Shown in pieces: positions 56,882-64,000 of a stretch of 64,000 nucleotides of DNA. The stretch spans positions 448,001-512,000 of the forward strand of contig OY970223.1 of NCBI GenBank assembly GCA_963714015.1. The letters run 5' to 3'. Within the stretch, counting starts at the first letter, position 1. Each line of letters opens with the position of its first letter. Origin of the DNA: Vulcanimicrobiota bacterium (lineage in GTDB: Bacteria > Vulcanimicrobiota > Vulcanimicrobiia > Vulcanimicrobiales > Vulcanimicrobiaceae). The notes below the pieces were generated by a model. It saw only the letters and a list, made by a program, of their open reading frames with translations, had not been told where the DNA came from and ran no database searches. The translations under genes and the position numbers were made by a program.

Positions 56882-57752
56882 AATCCAGCAACGCCGGATA
56901 AACGAGATCCGTTCGCGCCCGCGGGTTCTCCGCATCGATGATATCGTGATTGTGCGGCAAATTGTCAAACGTATGCATCTTCGCCCAGCCGGGACGGTGC
57001 GCGTTCCAGTGTTCAACGACGTGCGCGGTAACACGGTTATTCACCGCGGGGTCGTGCCGGTTGCACACCATGACCGCGCCGCGCCCGGCAGGTGCGCGCT
57101 TGCGCGATTGATCGTAGACGAAGTCGGATATGCGCAGCGTCTGCGCAAGGGCTCGCGTAGAGAACTGCGGATAGCCGGTCAGCGGCCGGATCTCTTCTCT
57201 TATGCGCGGGTCCCACCACAGGAAACGGTTCGGCAGCACGCGCGCCGCTCCGGCCAAAGCTCGACTGAACGGGTACGGAAGCTGCAGTACGCCGAATACC
57301 GGCGCAACGGCCACCGCATAGGCAATGTCGCTGCGTATTTGCGCGAAGTAGGCGCAAAGTACGCCGCTCGACGAGATCCCCAAAACACTCACGCGATTTC
57401 CCAATCCGCAGGCAATATCGACTGCTTCCGTTGCGCAAGCCAGGAGCGGCTCCGCGCGCAAGCGAGCAACGCGGTGCGTCATACGGTTCTTGTCGCCGTG
57501 CTCGGGAAGACGGGGAATCAGCACGTTGGCCCCGCTCTCATAAACCGCCGGAGCAAATGCCGCGTACTGACCGGGATGATTGGTGTACCCGTGCAGCAGC
57601 ACGACGGCATGCGGCGTGCGTCCGCCGTGCGTGAGCAGCGCCGTGTACGCTTCCGGCCGTATGGACGCATCGTCAAGCGCTTGCAGGGCACGCACGCGCT
57701 CGAGCGCTTCGCCGTAGGAGTTTGCCGGATTTACTTTTGCGACTTGAAGCAC
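56865..57752 (-). CDS. Alpha/beta hydrolase (carboxylesterase-like); start uncertain
   Basis: LHGYTN, PRLPEHG, GISSSG, DPAV, HDII. Confidence 0.8.
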   Translation of the reverse strand: MLQVAKVNPANSYGEALERVRALQALDDASIRPEAYTALLTHGGRTPHAVVLLHGYTNHPGQYAAFAPAVYESGANVLIPRLPEHGDKNRMTHRVARLRAEPLLACATEAVDIACGLGNRVSVLGISSSGVLCAYFAQIRSDIAYAVAVAPVFGVLQLPYPFSRALAGAARVLPNRFLWWDPRIREEIRPLTGYPQFSTRALAQTLRISDFVYDQSRKRAPAGRGAVMVCNRHDPAVNNRVTAHVVEHWNAHRPGWAKMHTFDNLPHNHDIIDAENPRARTDLVYPALLDFIRTA

Positions 57753-58276
57753 GGCGGAACGTGATCGTCGATGACGCCGACTGCCTGCAGAAACGAATAA
57801 CAAATCGTCGTACCGACGAAGGTAAACCCCCGCTTGCGCAGGTCTTTACTGAGCGCATCCGAGAGCGGTGAGGAAGTTTGTGAAGCATCGCCGCGAGGGC
57901 GGCGCAGCGGTTTGCCGTCGACGAAATCCCAAAGATAGCGGTCGAAGCTGCCGTACTCGCGCTGCACCGCCAGGAACGCCTTGGCGTTCTTTACCGCCCC
58001 TTCCACCTTCAGCCGGTTGCGAACGACGCCCGGATCTTGCATGATGCGTTCGATCCGCGGCTTCGAGAACCGCGCGACCGCGCGAGGATCGAAATTCGAA
58101 AATGCGGCCCGGTAGTTTTCGCGCTTGCGCAAAATCGTATCCCAACTCAAGCCCGCCTGTGCCCCTTCCAGCACGAGAAACTCAAAGAGCACGTTGTCGT
58201 CGTGAACGGGAACACCCCATTCGCGATCGTGATACGCGATGGATAATTCGTTCGTCGCCCAAGAGCAGCGGTTCAT
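57731..58276 (-). CDS. tag: DNA-3-methyladenine glycosylase I
   Basis: RCSW, YHDREWG, LEGAQAGLSW, GFTFVG, DDH...C. Confidence 0.95.
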   Translation of the reverse strand: MNRCSWATNELSIAYHDREWGVPVHDDNVLFEFLVLEGAQAGLSWDTILRKRENYRAAFSNFDPRAVARFSKPRIERIMQDPGVVRNRLKVEGAVKNAKAFLAVQREYGSFDRYLWDFVDGKPLRRPRGDASQTSSPLSDALSKDLRKRGFTFVGTTICYSFLQAVGVIDDHVPPCFKSQK

Positions 58277-59122
58277 TGGTCGATCAGTTCTACGACTACC
58301 GGCGCTACCCGCCCGGCCACGGAGCGATAGCGCATGGGCTCGATAATGTCGTGTGCGAACGGCAGATCGGTGAAGCGGTGAACCCGAACCGCTCCCGGCT
58401 TGTGTTTAGACCACTGCTGAATGAGCTGCGAAATGGCGCTGTTGCTCACCGCCGGCTCCCGTGAATTCATTACGACTACAAGCTCCTCGGCTTTAGGTTG
58501 CTCACGGTACGCCGCTTGGAGCAGCTCGTGTGCGATGGTCAGACTGTGGCCTATTGCATGCGATGCGTAGCGCGGATAGCCGTGGGCGGGCTGTTGCCTC
58601 TCGCGCAGAAAGGGATCCCACCACAAAAAGCGGTTGCGGCGCCGCAGCACCCACTTGGCCAAATGCATCCGCAGTGCGTTCGGGACGAACGCGACGCCCA
58701 TGAACGGCGTAACTGCCACCACCCGGTGCAAGCGATGAAATTGACCCAAGTGCGCCGCCAGAAGGCCGCCCAGTGAGAAGCCTGCTACGCAGACCTCTTC
58801 TCCCAGCCCTTGCGCGATCTCGAGCGAGTCGAACGCGCACGCCTTCAGTCTGTCTCGCATTCAGCCGTGCAAGGGCGTCCGAAAGCCGGTCGCTGTATCC
58901 GTGGCGAGGCAAACGCGGAACGAAGACGTTGTGTCCGCGCTCGTACAGCGCCCGCGCGATCGCAACGAACTGATATGGGCTGGCGGAGAGACCGTGAAAG
59001 AGCACGGCGGCGCGTTGCGTCCGGCGGCCGTGATCGAACACAAGCGTGCGCCCCAGTTCGCCGATGCCGCTATGGTCCCGGCGCAAAAAGCGCTCTAGGC
59101 GCTCTTCAGCCTTTTCGTACAT
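58273..59122 (-). CDS. Alpha/beta hydrolase paralog; frameshift at 58849
   Basis: FHGLSASP, PRLPRHG; next frame has GFSLGG, FLWWDP, EPAV, HDII. Confidence 0.82.
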
Positions 59123-59214
59123 TCCACACTTTCAAAAAGGACCCAGAAAGGGCCGCGAGGCGAGCGTCCTTAACTCAAGCGATCAGCTGTTCCTGGAACC
59201 GCCGTTCCACCCCC

Positions 59215-60429
59215 ATGGATATCATGCACGACACTCGAGACAACGCAAGCCCGCTCATCGCGCTGGAAGACCGTTACGGCGCGCATAATTACCATCCGCT
59301 CGATCTCGTCGTCCAGCGAGCCGAAGGGGTCTGGCTCTTCGACGTCAACGGAAAGCGCTACCTGGACTGCGTGAGCGCATATTCAGCCGTTAATCAAGGA
59401 CATTGTCACCCGCGGCTTCTCGCCGCGCTCACCGATCAGGCCAAGAAAGTCGCGCTTACGTCGCGCGCCATGCGCAGCGAGCAGCTTCCGCTTTTCCTCG
59501 AGCGTCTCACGCAATTCTGCGGTTACGAGATGGCTCTTCCGATGAACACCGGCGTGGAGGCGATCGAAACGGCGATAAAACTCGCCCGCCGCTACGGCTA
59601 TCGCGTAAAAGGCATTGCTCCGAATCGCGCCGAGATCGTCGTTTTCACCAACAATTTCCACGGCCGCACGACCGCCGCGATCAGCGCAAGTTCCACCGAA
59701 GACTATCGCCGCGACTTCGGCCCCTTCACGCCGGGCTTCGTACACGCGACCTACGGCGATTACGAGTCCGTCGCCAAAGCAATCAACGAAAACACGTGCG
59801 CCGTACTGATCGAACCGATCCAGGGCGAAGGCGGCGTCATCGTACCGCCCGACGGCTTTCTCAAGCGCGTGTGGGGCCTTTGCCGCGAGCACCGCGTGCT
59901 CTTCGTCGCCGACGAAATCCAAACCGGTTTCGGACGAACCGGCGATCGCTTCGCTTGCGATCACGAGGCCGTCCGCCCGGATGTTTTGGTCGTCGGAAAA
60001 GCGCTAGGCGGGGGATTCTATCCCGTTTCCGCAGCACTGGCGGACCGCGATCTCATGGACCTCTTCAAACCGGGCGATCACGGCAGCACGTTCGGCGGTA
60101 ATCCGCTCGGGGCGGCCGTGGCTATCGCCGCCTTGGACGTCATTGCGGAAGAGAAACTTGCCGCACGAGCACGTTACGCCGGCGCGAAGATCATGCAGGC
60201 GTTGCGCGCGATGGAGTCACTGAAGATTGCAGAAGTCCGCGGGCGCGGTTTGCTCATCGGCATCGAATTGACGGTTCCGGCGCGCAGACTTTCGGAGATG
60301 CTGCTTGAACGCGGCGTCGTGGCAAAAGACACGCACGCAACGGTGCTGCGCATTGCGCCGCCGCTCGTCATCGAAGATGCGGAGATCGATTTGCTGCTTG
60401 CAGCCTTCCGCGAGGCAATCGCCGGCTAG
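59215..60429 (+). CDS. rocD: Ornithine--oxo-acid aminotransferase
   Basis: GAHNYHPL, SAYSAVNQGH, FHGRT, DEIQTG, GKALGGG, HGSTFGGNPL. Confidence 0.93.
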   Translation: MDIMHDTRDNASPLIALEDRYGAHNYHPLDLVVQRAEGVWLFDVNGKRYLDCVSAYSAVNQGHCHPRLLAALTDQAKKVALTSRAMRSEQLPLFLERLTQFCGYEMALPMNTGVEAIETAIKLARRYGYRVKGIAPNRAEIVVFTNNFHGRTTAAISASSTEDYRRDFGPFTPGFVHATYGDYESVAKAINENTCAVLIEPIQGEGGVIVPPDGFLKRVWGLCREHRVLFVADEIQTGFGRTGDRFACDHEAVRPDVLVVGKALGGGFYPVSAALADRDLMDLFKPGDHGSTFGGNPLGAAVAIAALDVIAEEKLAARARYAGAKIMQALRAMESLKIAEVRGRGLLIGIELTVPARRLSEMLLERGVVAKDTHATVLRIAPPLVIEDAEIDLLLAAFREAIAG

Positions 60430-60438
60430 GATCGTTGG

Positions 60439-61368
60439 GTGGCTGGGTTTTTCAACTTTGCGGACGTGGTCGACCGGCTCGCCGAACACGATCGCGCGGG
60501 ACTCATTTTCGTCGACGAGCACGGTCATCGGCGCGACTATTTGTTCTCGGAGATATCCCAGCACTCGGGACGGTACGCCGGCGCACTGCGGACGCTCGGG
60601 GTAGAAGCCGGACGCTCCGTGCTCGTTTGCGCATCCAACAGCGCAAAGTGCCTCTTCGCGATGTTGGGCTTGCAACGCCTCGGCGCCGTTTCTATCCCCT
60701 GCGCAAAGGACTTGCCGGCCGCCGAACTGCGCGAGATCGCACGCGCTAACGCGGCGAAATGGGTGGTCTGCGACCGCACGCGCCGAACCGAGGCGGCGGC
60801 GGTCCGAGCCGGCGCGGGGATCGATCATTTTCTGCTCATCGGCGAGGAAGCGCAAGGCTGGGAACGGCTCGATCGTCTCGCGGAGAACTCGCGCGGCGTT
60901 ATCAACGCCCGCACGCAAAGTTCCGATCCGGCATGCGTCCTACAAGGCGCAATTTACAACCAGGCTTCTCTGCAGGCGGCCGTGGAGTCGAGCAATCGAG
61001 TCTTGCTCGCCGGGAGAGGCGACGTCGTGTGGTGCGCGCTGCCTATGGGGAGCGCGAGCTGGTTCGCAAACGTGTACGTCGCGCCTTGGTCTTGCGGAGC
61101 GGCAACCGTCGTGCACGATGCTCCGTTCCAGCCGGTCGAACGTCTGGATCTGTTGCGGGAGTTGGACGTGAGCATTCTCCTGCAGCCGGCGCCGGAGTAT
61201 GCAGCGCAAGTGCAAACGAGCGAAATCGCGCATTTTCGCGGCGCGCGTCTGCACCGCTGTCTGTCGGTCGGCGCGCCGGTCGATTCTACCGTAGCGGGAC
61301 TATGGCTGGATGCAATGCACATCCCGATCGAGGATGCGGCCGGCGGCGTAACGCTGGGAAACCGCTAG
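60439..61368 (+). CDS. Truncated, degenerate AMP-binding (acyl-CoA synthetase-like) protein
   Basis: FNFADVVD, LGAVSIP, LHRCLSVGAP; no TSGTTG loop; no C-terminal domain. Confidence 0.72.
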   Translation: MAGFFNFADVVDRLAEHDRAGLIFVDEHGHRRDYLFSEISQHSGRYAGALRTLGVEAGRSVLVCASNSAKCLFAMLGLQRLGAVSIPCAKDLPAAELREIARANAAKWVVCDRTRRTEAAAVRAGAGIDHFLLIGEEAQGWERLDRLAENSRGVINARTQSSDPACVLQGAIYNQASLQAAVESSNRVLLAGRGDVVWCALPMGSASWFANVYVAPWSCGAATVVHDAPFQPVERLDLLRELDVSILLQPAPEYAAQVQTSEIAHFRGARLHRCLSVGAPVDSTVAGLWLDAMHIPIEDAAGGVTLGNR

Positions 61369-61390
61369 CCGCATCCTCTAAATCGAGATC

Positions 61391-63226
61391 CTACTTGGTG
61401 TACGGCTGAACGATGTCCGTCAGCCGCTGCGGTACCGACGGTATGCGCACCAGATGGGGATACCGCGGGCCGTCATAGTACGGGATCGAGATCGTCCGGA
61501 ACAGCTGGTCCTTCTCCATCACGACCTGAATCGGCTGATGCGAATGCTGCGCCTCCTTCATTGCGTTGTACATGACGTCGGGCGTGTACTCCCGACCGTT
61601 CACGGCGATGAGCTTCCAGTCGAAGCCCATCCCCGCTTTCCAAGCCGGCGAACCGAAGTGAACGTCGCCTACCGTTCCGGTCGGCGCCGCGACAAACCCC
61701 AGCGAGTAGGTGAAGTTGTCTTGCGGCACGTCCATGGTGGGCTTGTCGGTGTAAACGAGGCGCCAGCCGTCGGCTTCGAAGCCGTTCGGCGGATGAACCG
61801 CAATGTCGTCGACCCACGTGTGGAAGAATCCGGCCCAGTCGTAAGGCTGCACGGCATTGAGTCCGGCGATGATGTCCTCGCGATTGTACGGAACGATGTC
61901 CGGTCCGGAGTTCTCTTTGCCGAAGAACTCGCGAGCGAACGTGTCGAGCGACTTGGTATTATGGGAACTATCGCGGATTATTGAGTCGACTTTGAGCCAT
62001 AACAGCGCGCCCTCGGAATAGAAGTCGACGCCGCGGCGCTCGGAGTAGTATCCGCGCGGCGATCCGTAGAGATACGGAGCCGCCGTGGCGGTGTCGCCGA
62101 GCGATCGCCACAGCCTTCCGGGTTCGTTGTCGTAATTGGCGTAGATCGCCGCGATGTGATCGGGCCAATTCTTGACCGGCCGGATTCCGTCGCGGTACGA
62201 CATCACGTCGCCGTAGTATTGCGTCATTCCCTCGTAAACCCAGAGAAGGGAGTCGTCGAACGGAACGTTTGGATTGATGCGTGCAAGGCCGTCGGGCATG
62301 CGGTACTTGCCGTCCCACGAGTGATTGAACTCGTGTGAGAGCAAATCGCCGCCGCGCTCGAGCACCTTAGGATCCAGGAAGTAGTCGCCGACTTCTCCGT
62401 CGTCGCTGGACTCGTGGTGCTCGACGCCTTCACCCGGCATCACGTCCGAAAGCGTCAGCAGAAAATGATAATCGTGCCAGTGCCGCGCACCGTACATCGC
62501 GATCATCTCGCGGACCAGCTTCTTGAAATGATCGATCACGCCGGGTGACGCGTCGACCTCTTCGGGCGTATCCGCACACGCGTTCAATGTAGCGGTGCCG
62601 GGAAAGGAGCCGGTGTCTTGCCAGAGCACCCATTGCCGGAAATTGATGCAGGCGTCAAGGGGCGAGTCGAGCAGACGCTCCAGCGACGTAGTGCTCCAGC
62701 TTACGGTGTTGCCTTCACGCTTCTGGTCGTAGAGCGCCGTCGCGAATTTCCAATTGGTTCCCGGAAGAATCAGCGAGGGATCGAAAGTCGTCGCATCCAT
62801 CGTTCCCGTAGACGGATACAAAATGTTCTGATTCCAATCGATCACGAAGATGTTCGGCGAGGACAGGCGATTGGAGGAATAGTTTCCGAACGTCGCGCCC
62901 AGGTACGTGAAGTCGACGTCCAAACTCGACGTGCCTTTGGGCACGTCCAGCGTAACGGCATACATGTTCAGCGGATCGCGGCGCCATGGAATCGACGTTC
63001 CATCGGCCTTGATTTCGAGTGCGGCAACGTTTTGGATCGGCCCCACGGCGGCGTGCTCGCCCGGAATCCACTGCGGATAGTAGAGGGTCAATTTCCCCGG
63101 AGCAACCGGAATGACTTCATGCGTTCGGACGATGTTTTGAGTAGGCGCTTGGGATGCATCGACAACCAGCTTGATCGGGGGTTGTGGCGTTGCGCTCAGC
63201 GCCGCTAGAATGGCGGCTAGAATCAT
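61391..63226 (-). CDS. M61 glycyl aminopeptidase with PDZ domain
   Basis: PQWIPG, GVEHHES, SHEFNHSWDGK, LWVYEG, C-terminal PDZ. Confidence 0.92.
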   Translation of the reverse strand: MILAAILAALSATPQPPIKLVVDASQAPTQNIVRTHEVIPVAPGKLTLYYPQWIPGEHAAVGPIQNVAALEIKADGTSIPWRRDPLNMYAVTLDVPKGTSSLDVDFTYLGATFGNYSSNRLSSPNIFVIDWNQNILYPSTGTMDATTFDPSLILPGTNWKFATALYDQKREGNTVSWSTTSLERLLDSPLDACINFRQWVLWQDTGSFPGTATLNACADTPEEVDASPGVIDHFKKLVREMIAMYGARHWHDYHFLLTLSDVMPGEGVEHHESSDDGEVGDYFLDPKVLERGGDLLSHEFNHSWDGKYRMPDGLARINPNVPFDDSLLWVYEGMTQYYGDVMSYRDGIRPVKNWPDHIAAIYANYDNEPGRLWRSLGDTATAAPYLYGSPRGYYSERRGVDFYSEGALLWLKVDSIIRDSSHNTKSLDTFAREFFGKENSGPDIVPYNREDIIAGLNAVQPYDWAGFFHTWVDDIAVHPPNGFEADGWRLVYTDKPTMDVPQDNFTYSLGFVAAPTGTVGDVHFGSPAWKAGMGFDWKLIAVNGREYTPDVMYNAMKEAQHSHQPIQVVMEKDQLFRTISIPYYDGPRYPHLVRIPSVPQRLTDIVQPYTK

Positions 63227-63307
63227 AGGATGGAGGGTTACGCGCTTCGAATCGAAGCTACTGCGTGCCAGCGGCGCGGCACGCGCCGCGATTGAGGCTA
63301 CAGCGAC

Positions 63308-63952
63308 ATGATTGCACTGTTCTTGGCGTTACAGACTACTCCGGACCGTCCTACACTGCCCACGCCTCCGCCGTGCAGCGCACCGTTTCACGATGCGTCG
63401 ATCGTTCAGCGCGTCAATCCCGTCGTGCCGCAGAATGCGCCCCTCTTTCAACCGGTGCAAGGGATAGCTCAAGTCAGCATTGGGCCCGACGGAACCGTCA
63501 CTGCCGTGCAGATCGTGCAATCTACGGGGGACCCCGGGCTCGACGCGGCGATACTCGAAGCGGCAAAGAAGAGCACGTACGAGGCCAAAACCGACGATTG
63601 CACGTCGATGTTCGGAACGTATCTGTTTCGGGCAAGTTTCTCGCCCGCGTCGCCGCTGCCCAGCGGTGCTCCGCCGGATCCATGCAATCACGAAGGCCGC
63701 ATCACGACGTCGGCAAAGCCGGTGTATCCACTTTCCCTGCGACTCGAGTCGCCGGAAATGGCGGTCGTGCGCGTGACGGTCGGCGCAGACGGCACGCTCG
63801 CGGACGCGCAAATCATAAAGTCCACGGGTAACGCCACGCTGGATCAGTCGGCCGTTCAGGCGGCAAAGCAATCGGCGTATGCGCCCAAGGTTCAAGAGTG
63901 CAAGGGAATCGCGGCACAGTACCTCATGAAATTCCTATTCAACCCGCACTAG
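63308..63952 (+). CDS. Protein with two TonB C-terminal domains
   Basis: Two copies of V.(I/V)G.DGT......STG...LD.....AAK.S.Y. Confidence 0.85.
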   Translation: MIALFLALQTTPDRPTLPTPPPCSAPFHDASIVQRVNPVVPQNAPLFQPVQGIAQVSIGPDGTVTAVQIVQSTGDPGLDAAILEAAKKSTYEAKTDDCTSMFGTYLFRASFSPASPLPSGAPPDPCNHEGRITTSAKPVYPLSLRLESPEMAVVRVTVGADGTLADAQIIKSTGNATLDQSAVQAAKQSAYAPKVQECKGIAAQYLMKFLFNPH

Positions 63953-64000
63953 AAGTCGAGTAACGTAGGGTACAAGCTGCTCGTGAACGCATCGCCCTTT
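63949..64000 (-). CDS. Possible 3' end of a convergent gene
   Basis: Open minus frame KGDAFTSSLYPTLLDF* overlapping the TonB stop by 4 nt. Confidence 0.3.
   Translation of the reverse strand, partial: KGDAFTSSLYPTLLDF

Overview
High-GC bacterial chromosome segment. It is diderm (TonB receptor and TonB present), and the protein style suggests Ca. Eremiobacterota/Vulcanimicrobiota, which is inference only. No rRNA, tRNA, CRISPR array, prophage or transposase was recognised. Contents in order: two chemoreceptor/sensor genes, archaemetzincin, acpS, nnrE/D; a long minus-strand run uvrB-GH38 mannosidase-HAD-2 membrane paralogs-uvrA-VOC-ligA-CPCC; prs-rplY-pth, with the last two read as one ORF; an ECF sigma/anti-sigma/ABC module; catalytically degenerate ArgB-like and M48-like genes; GAF-GGDEF divergent from TPR/ATP-grasp, PLP decarboxylase, MalT-like LuxR and two S53 lipoprotein proteases; glmU, gltX; a B12 mutase cluster whose active-site residues are isobutyryl-CoA-mutase type; uppS, tricorn protease, aceA-aceB; TonB-dependent receptor, LytS/LytTR, GT39; hydrolase-tag-hydrolase; rocD, truncated AMP-binding protein, M61 peptidase, double TonB-C protein. 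Fourteen genes, including gltX, carry single-base frameshifts. All of them fall in or next to an AGCT palindrome, which points to systematic, probably methylation-linked, read errors rather than real pseudogenes.
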